Shown here in pieces: positions 31,801 to 42,141 of a stretch of DNA of 64,000 nucleotides. Each line of letters begins with the position of its first letter. Positions within the stretch are counted from its first letter, which is position 1. Origin of the DNA: an uncultured Planctomycetota bacterium (GTDB lineage: Bacteria; Planctomycetota; Planctomycetia; Pirellulales; Lacipirellulaceae); NCBI GenBank assembly GCA_963719315.1, contig CAVRBU010000018.1, positions 77,213 to 141,212 on the forward strand, read 5' to 3'. The notes under the pieces are model-generated. The model was not told where the DNA came from and made no database searches. It saw only the letters and a list, made by a program, of their open reading frames with translations. The translations under genes and the position numbers were made by a program.

Positions 31801-34800
31801 TCGATTTCGTCGGCTCGTAAACCTCAATCCATTCCTCGCCTGTTCCGAACAACACCGTTCGCCGTTGCCGGGGCGACAGATCGTTGTAAGGCACGTTGAT
31901 CGGCACTCCAGAGTGCGCGGACCAAGCCTTCAGCATCAACTGCGACGTTGGCAAACTCACATCCGGCCAAACCAGCAGCGCGCCCTGGGCCAACGATAGA
32001 TTCGCATCGCGCATCAACGCTGCCGGATTCGCTCCTGTCTGGGTACCCAGTCCTTCGCATGCTGGGCACCAGCCGAGCGTGCTATTGAATGAAAAGTTAT
32101 GCGGGTTGAGCGTGTCGAAGCTGCGGCCACACTTTTCGCAGGCGAGGTGCTGGCTGTGGATTCGCACTTGCCAGCGCGGTTCCGGCACGTTGTCATCCGG
32201 ATGGGCGACGTGCATCACGCCTTTGCCCATCGCGAGCGCGTTTTCCACGCTGCCGGCGATCCGCGAGCGGGCATCGGGCCGCACGATGATTCGATCCACG
32301 AGCACTTCGACCGTATGTTTGCGGCGACGATCGATGGTCGGCGCTTGTTCGAGCGAATGCGTTTCGCCGTCGATTCGCACACGAATGTAGCCGCCGCCGC
32401 GGAGCGATTCCCACAGCGATTCATACTGTTCGCCGACCTGCACCTCGACCGGCGCCATGATGTACAGTTTCGTGCCGGCCGGCTCTTCGAGCAGCTTGTC
32501 GACAATCTGATCCGACGTTTGTGTGCCGATCGGAATGTCGCACTCCGGGCAATGTGGCTGCCCGAGTTGAGCAAACAGAATCCGGAAATAGTCGTATATC
32601 TCGGTCACCGTGCCGACGGTCGACCGCGGCGTCTGGCCTGTGTTGCGTTGTTCGATCGCGATCGCCGGCGAGAGCCCGTCGATGTGATCGACCAGTGGCT
32701 TCTGCATCTGTCCAACGAACTGCCGAGCATAGGAGCTGAGGCTCTCGACGTATCGCCGTTGTCCTTCGGCATAGATCGTATCCATCGCGAGCGACGTTTT
32801 CCCAGATCCGCTCGGCCCGCAGAACACGGTCATCTGATCGCGCGGAATTTTCAGATCGAGGTCGCGCAGATTGTGCTGCCGCGCCCCACGCACGGTAATG
32901 TGCGTCGCCTCGCGCGCCGGCTTGCCGTTCTTCGCGCCGCCAGCAGCATCCCGCTTACCACCCGCTCGCGGCTTAGCGCGAATTCCCAACAGCGGCGCAA
33001 GTGCCTGCCCCGTATACGACTCGACGTTTCGGGCCACCGCCTCCGGCGTGCCACAAGTCACGATTCGCCCGCCACCCGCGCCGCCGTCCGGCCCGATATC
33101 GATAATCCAATCGGCTGTCTTCGCTACGTCGAGATTGTGTTCGACGACCAGCACCGTGTTGCCCGCATCCACGAAGTCGTGCAGCACCTTGAGCAGCAAT
33201 TCGATATCGGCGAAATGCAGGCCGGTCGTCGGCTCATCCAGCAAGTACAGCGTTCGCCCGGTCGATTTCTTGACCAGCTCGCGGGCCAGCTTGATCCGCT
33301 GGGCTTCGCCGCCGGAAAGCGTCGGCGAAGGCTGGCCGATTTTGATGTAATCGAGGCCGACGTCGTGCAGCGTTTTCAGTTTCTGATGGATCTGCGGGAT
33401 GTTTTCGAAGTGGCTGAGCGCTTCCTGCACATCCATTTCGAGCACCTGGGCGATGCTTTTTTCGCGGAACATCACCTGCAGCGTTTCCCGGTTGAAACGA
33501 TGGCCGCCGCATACCGGGCAGGTGACCCATACGTCGGCCAGGAAATCCATTTCCAGCCGGTTCGAGCCGTTCCCGTCGCACGCTTCGCACCGGCCGCCCT
33601 GCACGTTGAAGCTGAACCGGCCCGGCTTGTAGCCCCGGCGTTTCGATTCCGGAAGCTGCGTGTACAAGTTACGGATGTCGTCGAACAGTTTGATATAAGT
33701 GGCCGGATTCGAACGCGGCGTCCGACCGATTGGCGACTGGTCGATGACGATCAACTTATCGAGCTGGTCAACGCCTTCGATCCGATCGTGCTCGCCAGGG
33801 TGGCCTTTGCCACCCATCAGGTCGCGGAGCAGCGATTCGGCGATGATGTCGTTCACTAGCGAGCTTTTACCGGAGCCGCTCGCGCCGGTAATGCAGACGA
33901 ACGCACCGAGCGGAATTTCGACGTCAATGTTTTTGAGGTTGTTGTGGCGAGCGCCGATGACGCGGAGATGGTTGCGAGGAACGAGGAGCGAGGAGCGAGC
34001 CTCCGAGTTTTCCTCGCTCCTCGCTCCTCGCTCCTCAATCCTTCGCCGCCGCGGAACCTCTATCTTCCGCTTGCCCGAAAGAAACGCCCCCGTCACGCTC
34101 CGCGATTCGTTCGCGATTTTCTCGGCCGACCCGATGGCGACGACTTCGCCGCCGCGGACGCCGGGACCAGGGCCGAAGTCGATGAGGTGATCGGCCGCCC
34201 GCATCGTGTCTTCGTCGTGTTCAACGACGACGACCGTGTTGCCGAGGTCGCGGAGTTCGGCCAGCGTGTCCAGCAGCCGCTGGTTATCGCGCGGGTGCAA
34301 GCCAATCGAGGGTTCATCCAAGATGTAGAGCACGCCGACCAGCCCGCATCCAACTTGCCCAGCCAGCCGTATGCGTTGCGACTCGCCGCCGGAAAGCGTC
34401 GGGGCGGTGCGTTCCAACGACAGGTATTCGAGGCCGACGTTCTGCAGGAAGCCAAGTCGTCCGCGAATCTCCTTCAGCACTTCAACGGCGATTAGTTTTT
34501 CGTTGCCGACGAGTTGCAGGCCACCAAAAAACTCGGTCGCCTCGGAGACTGCTAAGCTGCAAACCTCGGGCAGCGACCGTTGCGGACGGTCGGCAAATCG
34601 CGGGCTCGTGGTTTCGATTGTGACGGCTCGCGCTTGTGGATTGAGCCGCTCGCCCGAGCAATCGGGGCAGCGGATCACGCTCATATACTGCTCAAGCTGC
34701 CGAATCTGTGGCTCGCTCTTGCTCGTGCGATACTTTTCCAACAGTTCGGGGATCAGCCCTTCAAACATGCCGCCGTATTTTTGAGCGGCTTTGCCGGCCC

Positions 34801-36055
34801 GCCAGGTGAACGTGATGTGCTCGTCCCCCGTGCCCCACAGCCAGATGTCGCGGAGCCTCGGATCCAGGTCTCGCCACGGCGTTTCCAGCAGCGTGCCTTC
34901 CGCGAGCGAAAGTTTGCGCTCCATCGTCTCGGCCACGCCGCGATAGATGTGCCGCTTCCAACGCCCCAAATCCTTCCAAGAACCGACGAGTTCAATGCAG
35001 CCCTGCTCGAATGATTTTTCGGTATTCGCGACCAGCCGCTCGGGATCGAAGCTGAAGAATTCTCCCAGGCCATCGCACGTGAGACACATGCCCTGCGGGC
35101 TATTGAAGCTAAATAACTGCGGCGTCGGTTCATCGAAGCTGATGCCACATTCAGTGCAGGCGAAATGCGACGAGAGAACGATGTCGCCCGGCTGCGTGCC
35201 GGCGGCGCGACGTTTTCGAGGAGCGAGTTGTGAGGAGCGAGGATCGAGATCTTCCTCAGTCGGGAGCGAGGAAGTCCCGGCTCGCTCTTCGTTCTCATTC
35301 TCGCCCCTCGCCCCTCGCTCCTCGCCGCCCTCATCGAACTGCGTCGCGACGATGAGGCTTCCCTTGCCCACGGCAATCGCCGAATCGACCGCCTCGGCCA
35401 ATCGCCCGCGGACCGAGGGTCCCGCCTTGAGCCGATCGATGACGACTTCGATGTTGTGTCGCATCTGCCGATCGAGCGCGAGGTCGTCATTGAGCGAGAC
35501 GATGCGCCCATCGACGCGAGCCCGCACGAAGCCCTGCTTGCGCAGGTCTTCGAACAGATCTTTGTATTCGCCCTTCTGCCCGCGAATTACGGGGGCCAGC
35601 ACGGCGAACGGCGTGCCGGAGGCAAGCGTCAGAATGCGGGCGATGATTTGTTCGCGCGTTTGGGCGGTGATGGGCCGCCCGCACTGGGGGCAGTGCCCGT
35701 GTCCAACACGCGCGTAAAGCACGCGTAAAAAATCATAAATCTCGGTGATCGTGCCGACCGTTGACCTCGGATTGTTGCCCGATGATTTTTGCGAAATCGA
35801 GATCGAGGGGCTCAGCCCGCTGATATGATCGACATCCGGCTTGGACATTTGCCCCAGAAATTGCCGGGCAAACGTGGACAGACTTTCCACGTACCGCCGC
35901 TGACCCTCGGCGAAGAGCGTGTCAAATGCCAGCGAGCTTTTCCCGGAACCGGAAACGCCCGTCAGGCAAATGAGCTTATTGCGCGGAATCACAACATCGA
36001 CATTGCGAAGGTTGTGCTCCCGGGCCCCTTTGATGACGATATCGGATGCGGGCAT
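28883..36055 (-). CDS. uvrA: Excinuclease ABC subunit A, double-length (two fused UvrA units) with C-terminal extension
   Basis: Four Walker A motifs ([36 protein letters not shown]), four LSGGE.QR signatures, duplicated [12 protein letters not shown] and Zn fingers; likely start [16 protein letters not shown]. Confidence 0.96.
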   Translation of the reverse strand: MPASDIVIKGAREHNLRNVDVVIPRNKLICLTGVSGSGKSSLAFDTLFAEGQRRYVESLSTFARQFLGQMSKPDVDHISGLSPSISISQKSSGNNPRSTVGTITEIYDFLRVLYARVGHGHCPQCGRPITAQTREQIIARILTLASGTPFAVLAPVIRGQKGEYKDLFEDLRKQGFVRARVDGRIVSLNDDLALDRQMRHNIEVVIDRLKAGPSVRGRLAEAVDSAIAVGKGSLIVATQFDEGGEERGARGENENEERAGTSSLPTEEDLDPRSSQLAPRKRRAAGTQPGDIVLSSHFACTECGISFDEPTPQLFSFNSPQGMCLTCDGLGEFFSFDPERLVANTEKSFEQGCIELVGSWKDLGRWKRHIYRGVAETMERKLSLAEGTLLETPWRDLDPRLRDIWLWGTGDEHITFTWRAGKAAQKYGGMFEGLIPELLEKYRTSKSEPQIRQLEQYMSVIRCPDCSGERLNPQARAVTIETTSPRFADRPQRSLPEVCSLAVSEATEFFGGLQLVGNEKLIAVEVLKEIRGRLGFLQNVGLEYLSLERTAPTLSGGESQRIRLAGQVGCGLVGVLYILDEPSIGLHPRDNQRLLDTLAELRDLGNTVVVVEHDEDTMRAADHLIDFGPGPGVRGGEVVAIGSAEKIANESRSVTGAFLSGKRKIEVPRRRRIEERGARSEENSEARSSLLVPRNHLRVIGARHNNLKNIDVEIPLGAFVCITGASGSGKSSLVNDIIAESLLRDLMGGKGHPGEHDRIEGVDQLDKLIVIDQSPIGRTPRSNPATYIKLFDDIRNLYTQLPESKRRGYKPGRFSFNVQGGRCEACDGNGSNRLEMDFLADVWVTCPVCGGHRFNRETLQVMFREKSIAQVLEMDVQEALSHFENIPQIHQKLKTLHDVGLDYIKIGQPSPTLSGGEAQRIKLARELVKKSTGRTLYLLDEPTTGLHFADIELLLKVLHDFVDAGNTVLVVEHNLDVAKTADWIIDIGPDGGAGGGRIVTCGTPEAVARNVESYTGQALAPLLGIRAKPRAGGKRDAAGGAKNGKPAREATHITVRGARQHNLRDLDLKIPRDQMTVFCGPSGSGKTSLAMDTIYAEGQRRYVESLSSYARQFVGQMQKPLVDHIDGLSPAIAIEQRNTGQTPRSTVGTVTEIYDYFRILFAQLGQPHCPECDIPIGTQTSDQIVDKLLEEPAGTKLYIMAPVEVQVGEQYESLWESLRGGGYIRVRIDGETHSLEQAPTIDRRRKHTVEVLVDRIIVRPDARSRIAGSVENALAMGKGVMHVAHPDDNVPEPRWQVRIHSQHLACEKCGRSFDTLNPHNFSFNSTLGWCPACEGLGTQTGANPAALMRDANLSLAQGALLVWPDVSLPTSQLMLKAWSAHSGVPINVPYNDLSPRQRRTVLFGTGEEWIEVYEPTKSKAKSAPSARLRFRFQYKGLYPALEEASKLSARLRALLEHFIGEIDCSECGGSRLRDDAAAVRFRDRTLDQIGRTPLSDLLGQVKKWKLAANEKKVAGELIREIESRLTFLVDVGLNYLTLGRSGPTLSGGEAQRIRLASQVGSGLCGVLYVLDEPTIGLHPRDNSRLILALEKLRDLGNTLLIVEHDREVVSSADGLFDFGPGAGRLGGQIVASGSPDVVSRKRGSVTGPYLSGKKAIGVPKTRRIEERKASGEKKNGTRSSLLAAHPFLEIIGARHNNLKNINVKFPLGTLTAVTGVSGSGKSSLVEDILYNQLAKTLHRASTVPGAHESICGIELINKVIRVDQQPLGNTPTSNPATYTGVFELIRHLFSQLPESKLRGYTARRFSFNVPGGRCEACEGNGQICIQMHFLPDIWVECDTCRGLRYNRDVLEVQFRGKSIADVLNLSCRQAVELFGNIPKIRRILQTLCDVGLDYLTLGQSAPTLSGGEAQRVKLAAELARPDTGQTLYLLDEPTTGLHFDDLAKLLDVLNRLVDQGNTVIVIEHNLDVIKTADWVIDLGPEAGAEGGTVVICGTPEQVVQLGMGNEELGIKRKKSKRSNSPIPTSHSPLVSHTAAALAPVLAAGPIVERKIYDPEAVAPITADKELDIDDVGSDTRMPWEVDGRGWHTKNRVGRDGRLCRWDGRILDTIEQRIQDLGDFAPTNWNNRTIVEITGAKKADGWFFHAITGERWLVKLKFRTAKKTFDRDTLVTELDLKPLNDVDEIEAYGRGPRVKCKTLRGPWQEVQIDAHSWEEIDTPAFWSFVERAVAGFQKFAARVESKPEDVMPWKVLGQKWHLSRKGFPPGKKTEWKPEVLEELLEMLSEIVPDGQFLWNNQNVVYLMVPGVRKPWATVFTKRLGGIDLILNGPKGAFQLGSVAELGTTRSLETDAEDRDQVKLRFVTSDELHAENVAAFLRVHVESLGAQHSLTA
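29970..30056. repeat. Heptamer-arm palindrome (GGGAATT-like) in frame within uvrA
   Basis: GTGGGGAGTGTGAAGTGGGAATTGGGGAGT ... ATTCCCAATTCCTCATTCCCCATTCCCAAC. Confidence 0.75.
31008..31064. repeat. Heptamer-arm palindrome (GAGGAGC)n in frame within uvrA unit 2
   Basis: GCGAGGAGCGAGGAGCGAG ... CTCGCCACTCGCTTTTCGCTCCTCG. Confidence 0.75.
33974..34036. repeat. Heptamer-arm palindrome (GAGGAGC)n in frame within uvrA unit 1
   Basis: GCGAGGAACGAGGAGCGAGGAGCGAG ... CCTCGCTCCTCGCTCCTCGCTCCTC. Confidence 0.85.
35217..35325. repeat. Heptamer-arm palindrome (GAGGAGC)n in frame within the uvrA N-terminal region
   Basis: CGAGGAGCGAGTTGTGAGGAGCGAGGATCGAG ... CTCGCCCCTCGCCCCTCGCTCCTCG. Confidence 0.8.
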
Positions 36056-36203
36056 CAATGCGCCGTTGGATTCTGTTCGGAGTGGCCCGAGTCCTGCCCA
36101 CACGCGTTGAGCGTCCGCTGGGCTCGAGCGCAAACTGTCAATTCTACGGCCGATTGGAAATGGCGAAAAGGCGGCAATTTTTTCGCACATGATCTCCTGA
36201 TTT

Positions 36204-37090
36204 ATGCCTGATGCTGACTTGACTTACGAATTGCTGGACTTCGGCGATGGCCGCAAGCTGGAACGGTTTGGCACGGTCGTGCTGAATCGACCCTGCCCGG
36301 CGGCCGAAGGCACGACAAAATCGCGGCCCGAATTGTGGACTACCGCAATCGGTCGCTTTCGCGGCCCGCGTACGGGCAATGGCTCGTGGGCGCCGAATCC
36401 AAAGCGGTGGCTGCCGGCGGAGTGGCACTTTGTGCATCAGGGGACGGCGTCGTTTCGATTGCAACTCGAAGCGTTACCTTCAGGGCAGGTGGGCGTGTTT
36501 CCGGAGCAGCGCGAAAATTGGAATTGGATCGCGCGACAGGTGCAAACGGCGAAATCGAACTTCGACGTTGGCCAGTTGCCGAGCGTGCTGAATCTATTTG
36601 CTTACACCGGCGGAAGCACGCTAGCGGCGGCGGCCGCGGGGGCCGGAGTCGTGCATGTCGATGCGGCGCACAGCAGCGTCGATCGGCGCGTGCCAACGTC
36701 GCTTTATCTGGGCTGGTTAATCCGCCAATTCGTTGGATTCCCGAAGACGCGATGAAGTTCTGCCAGCGCGAACTGAAGCGCGGCAACCTTTACGACGCCG
36801 TGATTCTCGATCCGCCGACGTATGGTCATGGACCCAAGGGCGAACCGTGGAAGATCGACGATCATCTGTTGCCACTCCTGCGATTGTGCGGCGAACTCAC
36901 TGCGGCGAGCCGAGCATTTGTGTTGGTGACGTGCCATTCGCCCGGCATCGGACCGAGCGAACTGTCGGCCTACTTCGCCGAGGGCATCACGGGGCACTGC
37001 GGCCAGCCGCCTGCGACGGGCGAGTTGGTTTTGAAAACGGCCGACGGCCGCAAGCTGCCGAGTGGTGTTTATGCGCGGTGGCCGAAGTAG
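36204..37090 (+). CDS. Class I SAM-dependent methyltransferase, RlmI/RlmK-like (1-bp frameshift near 36686)
   Basis: YELLDFGDGRKLERFG, GVFPEQ..NW, VLNLFAYTGGST; then YDAVILDPPTYGHGP. Confidence 0.85.
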
Positions 37091-37163
37091 CCGCGGTTCT
37101 CCGAAACGTCCGCCGCGGCGGACAAGTTTTCGCCAAAGCAAACCTTCGATCGGAGAAACTCGC

Positions 37164-37733
37164 CTACGCGGGCGGAAACTTCTGCATCAGGTCAATAATC
37201 GGCGCTCCACCGCTCCGCATTTCATCGAGCATCGATTTCAAGCGAAGTGAGTCCGAGGGGTCGAGTTCTGTGAGCGTGGCGACCACTTCCTCCGCCATTT
37301 GCGGCTTGCCCAGCTTTTCAAGCGACCACACAAGCCCCTGGCCCGCCTCGAAAAACGATTGATTGGCCAACTGCGAATACAGGACCGGCTTCGGCATCTT
37401 CGCGCGCCGCAACGTTTGCAGGCCGAGTTGATAGCCGGCGCCATAGTGCCCACGGGCGAGCGGCACATCGCCCGCCGCGCGGGCTAACTCGCCGAGCAGT
37501 ACGTGGGCGGCGATGAATTCGCTGCAACCGGAGAGCAGCCACCGCAACTCATCCAGCGCGACATCCGTCTCGCCGGATTCGATCATCAACAATACTTCTT
37601 CCAGGTCCTCGGACCGGTCACGCACGCATCGCGGATGGATGAACACCCAACTGCGGCCGTCCGTCGAACGGCGCACACCTAACCCGCTTGACGAGGAACC
37701 CGGACACGGACGTTGCGATTTGCGCTTGGCCAC
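37164..37733 (-). CDS. Hypothetical TPR-like protein
   Basis: HPRC.RDR.EDLEEV..MI..GE.DVA.DELRWLLSGC; helical repeats. Confidence 0.7.
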   Translation of the reverse strand: MAKRKSQRPCPGSSSSGLGVRRSTDGRSWVFIHPRCVRDRSEDLEEVLLMIESGETDVALDELRWLLSGCSEFIAAHVLLGELARAAGDVPLARGHYGAGYQLGLQTLRRAKMPKPVLYSQLANQSFFEAGQGLVWSLEKLGKPQMAEEVVATLTELDPSDSLRLKSMLDEMRSGGAPIIDLMQKFPPA

Positions 37734-37753
37734 ACAAGGCACTCTAAAACAAA

Positions 37754-37930
37754 TTAACCACAAAGACACGAAGTACACAAAGATGAACAGAACGATTTTA
37801 CCACTAATCGACGCTAATAATTCGCTAATTGATTGGATTGGAACATCCTAAGATTAGCAACCATTGGCGTCCATTAGCGGTTCAGCATTTCTTCGTCCGC
37901 TCTTCGTGTCCTTCGTGCCTTCGTGGTTAA
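37754..37930. repeat. Nested double palindrome (CTAAT-nonamer hairpin inside CACGAAGG-nonamer hairpin)
   Basis: Outer arms 37754-37783/37901-37930; inner arms 37800-37829/37853-37881. Confidence 0.8.
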
Positions 37931-38790
37931 ACCTCCCTTCCGAGCGCGTAAATCTCTTCGGCATCCAACACCAGGTCGTTGCTTTCGAACAGTCGGCGAA
38001 CGGCCGCCTTGTGCAGCTTCATCTTAAGCCCGCCGACGCCGATCGCGCCGTAACAGATTTGGCCGTCGTGCTCGACCGCCTTTTCCTGCGGCTGGATGCC
38101 GCCGATGCCCGCGGGCGGCACGGCGTTGAGGTCGATTGCCACTTTGAGCGTCCTACACCCGCGGCGAAGTTTTTCGGGTAGAAGTTCAATTCCTGGCGCG
38201 CCGGCCGCGATCACCACCGCCGCGTCGGCGACCGCCGCGCGAATGGACGGTTCGTCCCGCGTTTCACACGCCTCCAAATTCGCCGTGCTCACCATTTTGG
38301 CGACGCTGTCGCACACCTGCTGCGCGCGATTGAGTTGCCTGGAGGCGACCCGCACATTTGTCCCCTCTCGCGCCAGCAGCCGCACGATGCGCCTGCCGAC
38401 CGAGCCGGTGGCGCCGAGCACGGTCACGGCCGCATCGGCGAGCGGCACATGGTTTCGCGCGCTGAGTACGGCCGCCGCCGCCGTCGTGTTGGCGCCGTTC
38501 GAGTCGAGCATCAGCGACACACGCAGGGGGCCGAAAAAGCACTCCCGGGCTTTCGCGAGCAGCTTTTCGCCGGCATCCACGTCGCTGCCGCCAATGAATA
38601 CGGCAGTGTTCTTAAGATCTGCCGGCCCGCGCGTGAACATCGCCCCGTAAACGAGATCGCGAACGACATCGGGCGTCACGCCGCCGTGGCGGAACAATTG
38701 AGCGACACCAGCATCAACGGCCACAACGCCATCGAACACGCTTGGCTGCGAGTCACTGTCGAGGCAGACGAGAATCTTGGCGAGTGACAT
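37927..38790 (-). CDS. mtdC: NAD(P)-dependent methylene-tetrahydromethanopterin dehydrogenase (MtdA/MtdC family)
   Basis: PSVFD.VVAVDAG, GAMFTRGP.DLKNTAVFIGGSDV, D.NGANTTAAAAV, DLNAVPP.GI, YGAIGVGGLKMK. Confidence 0.88.
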   Translation of the reverse strand: MSLAKILVCLDSDSQPSVFDGVVAVDAGVAQLFRHGGVTPDVVRDLVYGAMFTRGPADLKNTAVFIGGSDVDAGEKLLAKARECFFGPLRVSLMLDSNGANTTAAAAVLSARNHVPLADAAVTVLGATGSVGRRIVRLLAREGTNVRVASRQLNRAQQVCDSVAKMVSTANLEACETRDEPSIRAAVADAAVVIAAGAPGIELLPEKLRRGCRTLKVAIDLNAVPPAGIGGIQPQEKAVEHDGQICYGAIGVGGLKMKLHKAAVRRLFESNDLVLDAEEIYALGREV

Positions 38791-38796
38791 GGATGT

Positions 38797-38882
38797 GGTC
38801 GAGGGTCAGACTGCCGCACCTGCGTGCAACGACCTGATCCTCAAATTCTGGCCCTCGACCCTAGACCCTCAACCCTAGACCA
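38797..38882. repeat. Heptamer-arm repeat (GACCCTC/GACCCTA) between fae and mtd
   Basis: GGTCGAGGGTCAGA ... GCCCTCGACCCTAGACCCTCAACCCTAGAC. Confidence 0.65.
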
Positions 38883-38884
38883 AC

Positions 38885-39382
38885 TCAGAATCCCCGGAAC
38901 GGATGGGCCGCCTTGTCCTTGTCGGCGAGCATTTCGTCCACAGTTGGCTTGCCCGTCATCGCGTTCTTAAGGGCGTCCTTCGTGGCTTGATAGTTGTAGT
39001 TGTAGATCTTCTTGTCGTCGGCCGCTTCCCAATGAATGAACACGCCGCAAATGCACACGAAATCTTCGGCCTGCTTCTTCGAGATCACGCCTTCGGCAAC
39101 CGAATCGGCCACGGCCTTGGCCACCGCCGCCTGGGCGGGACCGAACATCTGCACGGCCTGCTTCGCGCCTTTGATCGTCACCTTGGTGATCATCACCGTG
39201 GCCGGCTTGGCCAGCAGGTTCGGCGTCAACACGGCCAACAGGTTCGAGTGTCCTTCGCTTTGCCGGGCGAGGGCGTTGGCGAATGCGTTGCCGACCGGGC
39301 CGACTTTGTCGCCGATCAATAGGTCAATATGGGCAACTTCGTTACCTTCGCCCGCCAGGGCTTCGCCAATAAACATGCTCAT
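38885..39382 (-). CDS. fae: Formaldehyde-activating enzyme
   Basis: IGEAL.GEGNEVAHIDLLIG, KVTIKGAKQAVQMFGPAQAAVAKAVADSV, GVFIHW.A.D..KIY.YNY.ATK, HPF. Confidence 0.96.
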   Translation of the reverse strand: MSMFIGEALAGEGNEVAHIDLLIGDKVGPVGNAFANALARQSEGHSNLLAVLTPNLLAKPATVMITKVTIKGAKQAVQMFGPAQAAVAKAVADSVAEGVISKKQAEDFVCICGVFIHWEAADDKKIYNYNYQATKDALKNAMTGKPTVDEMLADKDKAAHPFRGF

Positions 39383-39611
39383 GTTCAAATGCTCCTAATT
39401 AGTGATTTGTAGGCCACGTGGGAAAAATTGTCGGCCGCCCGCGCTCGTTTTTTTGCCCGGTGCAACAAAATGCTGGGTGGAAAGCGAAGAATATCACACG
39501 CCACGTGCATTGCAAAGGAGCGGCTGCCCGTGCGGCCGCGCCCGACGGCGGAGAATTGGGTACACCTCCCCAAATTGCAGCCTAGTGCTTTGTCATAGCT
39601 TGATTTTGGGA

Positions 39612-39676
39612 TTAGCCGCTGGGCGCTAGCTCACGGTTCGAACGGCAAAAACCGTGAGCTAGCGCCCAGCGGCTGA
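39612..39676. repeat. 25-bp perfect inverted repeat (REP-like)
   Basis: AGCCGCTGGGCGCTAGCTCACGGTT ... AACCGTGAGCTAGCGCCCAGCGGCT. Confidence 0.85.
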
Positions 39677-39994
39677 TATGTGGAACCCCAATTCTTAGCT
39701 TTGACAGAGCACTAGTCCCTCCCGATCCGATGCACCGCCTTAGGCGATGCCAGGAAAGACGGCCTTTTGCAGCGGGTGGCCACGATCGTTCGCGAAAACT
39801 ACTTGGCTTTCTGGACAAAATCACTAGACTCTGGAACAATGAACAAGGATTGTCGGCGGATTCCAGACGCCGGACCAATGCGCAAGGAGACTCGCCGCAC
39901 TTATCGTTAGAATTCTTCCCGACTTTGATCAATTGTGTCGGGGCGTGAACAGAGGCACAGGGCGCCGGCCCACCATCAAGAGAAGGGGAACATT

Positions 39995-41036
39995 ATGAGT
40001 CACAAATCGCGCGGCTTTACGCTCGTCGAACTGCTGGTCGTGATCGCGATTATCGGCACGCTCGTGGCGCTGTTGCTGCCGGCCGTGCAATCGGCCCGCG
40101 AATCGGCGCGCAGCAACACTTGCCGCAATAACATGAAGCAACTCGCGCTCGCGCTGGCGAACATGGATACGCAGCTTAGAAGGCTGCCGGGTTATTCGAA
40201 CGAGATGTTCAATCCCAACGGATCGAAATCGGGAACGCCTCTCAACTTTACTTCTTCCTACGCGCGCCGCGCGAGTTGGGTGGTTAAGACCTTTCCGTAC
40301 ATGGAAAACCAGCCGCTGTACGATCAGTGGAATACCTTCGGCTCCGGAAGTCCGCCGGCGCCCGCGATGGAAGGCCTGACTTGCCCCAGCAGTCCTCCGG
40401 AAATTCCCGGCCAGCCCTGGCTGAATTACGTCGGCAACGCCGGCCGGGCTTTTAGCGACACGACCCCCAGCCCGGAAACCATGGAATTCGCCGCAGACGG
40501 CATTTTCTTCGACGACAACAAGAATCCGAACATCGGTCCGACGGACGGTCGGGAATCGCATCCGCGGTTGCAGATGTCGATGTCGGCGGTCGTTGATGGA
40601 ACGACGAAAACGCTCATGCTCTCCGAAAACTTGCACGCCTGGTATTGGACGTACGGGCTCGACAACGACAGCAGTACGATCAAGGACGGGAAGTTGCTCT
40701 TCGGTTTTGTTTGGAAGAATCCCGGCGGCGTTTCAGACATCGAACGGATCAACGGCGACAAGTACTACGATAAGCTTGCATCTGGCCCGCCGGCGACCAT
40801 GGAAGTCTTTGCCGGCACTCCCGCCACATACGAGAGCTATGCCTATCCCTCCAGCGCTCACCCCGGTGGCGTGAACATGGCCTTCTGCGGCGGACAGGTC
40901 GAGTTCATCGCCGAGCAGATCGAGCCGCTAATTTACGCTCAGTTGATGACGTTCCAACAGCAAGCGCTCAAAGCTCGTTAGTGCGGCCAACATTCCCGAT
41001 CGCCAACTTCAGCAGCCGTCGGATGAGCAGTATTGA
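39995..41036 (+). CDS. DUF1559 prepilin-type N-terminal cleavage/methylation protein (extra base near 40952)
   Basis: [34 protein letters not shown]...C.NN.KQL.LA; DGT..TLM.SE; H-X9 motif [12 protein letters not shown]; corrected end reads ...QPSDEQY. Confidence 0.9.
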
Positions 41037-41040
41037 TACA

Positions 41041-41301
41041 ATGGAATCATTCCTGCCGCATCTCGCTCCAGAAACGGAAGCTCTGTTGCAGCAGCTTGGT
41101 GGCCCGCTGGCAATCTCAGGCGAGCGCGGCGAATACGTGGTGATGCGGTCGGATATTTACTCGGCGATGTTGGGAATGCGGGACGACGACGAGGCCGAAA
41201 CGGTGGCTTCGATACGTCGTGGGCTTGCCGACTTGAACTCCGGCCGCACACAAGACCTCGACGAGGTTTTCGACGAACTCGACGCGCGCGATGAGTCATA
41301 A
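41041..41301 (+). CDS. Putative type II antitoxin
   Basis: Small acidic protein, ASIRRGLADL..GR...LDEVF.EL tail; overlaps the toxin start. Confidence 0.7.
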   Translation: MESFLPHLAPETEALLQQLGGPLAISGERGEYVVMRSDIYSAMLGMRDDDEAETVASIRRGLADLNSGRTQDLDEVFDELDARDES

Positions 41302-41608
41302 AGTTCCCCTGACGCTTGAGGTAAAGCACCAGCTTCAGGCCATAAGCAGCTATATTGCTCAGAACTCGCCCGAAAACGCCAGGAAGTGGCGCCAATCCAT
41401 TCGCGATCGGTTTCGTTCACTCGGCAATATGCCGGAGCGGCATGAAATCGCGTATCGATCCGCGGACGTCGGTCGCGACATCAGGCACACTTTTTTCGGC
41501 GTCTACCGAATCCTGTATACGATCGAGCACGATTCGGTCGTCGCCGTATCAGTGCGTCATGGCGCCCGGCGACCAATCACGCTGGACGAATTGCGACGCC
41601 TCGACTGA
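41291..41608 (+). CDS. RelE/ParE-family toxin
   Basis: L..I.SYIA.NSPENA..W...I......L..MPER; YRILYTI....V.V.SVRHGAR. Confidence 0.88.
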   Translation: MSHKVPLTLEVKHQLQAISSYIAQNSPENARKWRQSIRDRFRSLGNMPERHEIAYRSADVGRDIRHTFFGVYRILYTIEHDSVVAVSVRHGARRPITLDELRRLD

Positions 41609-41628
41609 CCCTGCAAGGCAAACAGCAT

Positions 41629-42060
41629 TTAGGCGTTCTGCGATTGCGTGGGCTCCACGTGTCGCAAGTCGTCGCGCGTGTATTGCTGCTCGATCGGTTG
41701 GCCATTTTCCAGGATCAAGTAGCGGATGCCGCGCGCTCGCTCGTCCCACAGCATTTCGCGGATGACGCCCGTCCGCGGCTCGTTACGCATGCCGTGACCG
41801 AGCACCTCGACCCAATCGCCCAGCTCGAACCCTTCATGCGGCACCTCCTGCCAGAGCGTGGGCCGGACGCGCAGCGTGACGTCACCGTAGTGCAGCAACA
41901 GATACTCGCCGTCTGAACCGTCGCGGCGAAAGAGGCGGCCACTGGGGAGCATCGACCGCGCCTGCGCGACATCGTCCGGGTGAATCCATCCGTCGCCGTC
42001 TTCCGGCCACCAAGCAAAGCAGCCATATTTCGGATCGGCTTTGAGCGGGGGAAGATTCAC
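41629..42060 (-). CDS. Hypothetical protein (SH3-like C-terminal half)
   Basis: YG.F.WWPEDG..WIHPDDV; GFELGDWVEV...G.IREMLW. Confidence 0.65.
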   Translation of the reverse strand: MNLPPLKADPKYGCFAWWPEDGDGWIHPDDVAQARSMLPSGRLFRRDGSDGEYLLLHYGDVTLRVRPTLWQEVPHEGFELGDWVEVLGHGMRNEPRTGVIREMLWDERARGIRYLILENGQPIEQQYTRDDLRHVEPTQSQNA

Positions 42061-42073
42061 AACTGTTTTATTT

Positions 42074-42134
42074 GTAGCTGAACTTCGCAAGAATTCAGTT
42101 GGAAGCCGGCTGAATTCTCGCGAAATTCAGCTAC
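42074..42134. repeat. GTAG-type REP doublet
   Basis: GTAGCTGAACTTCGCAAGAATTCAG ... CTGAATTCTCGCGAAATTCAGCTAC. Confidence 0.85.
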
Positions 42135-42141
42135 GATCCCA

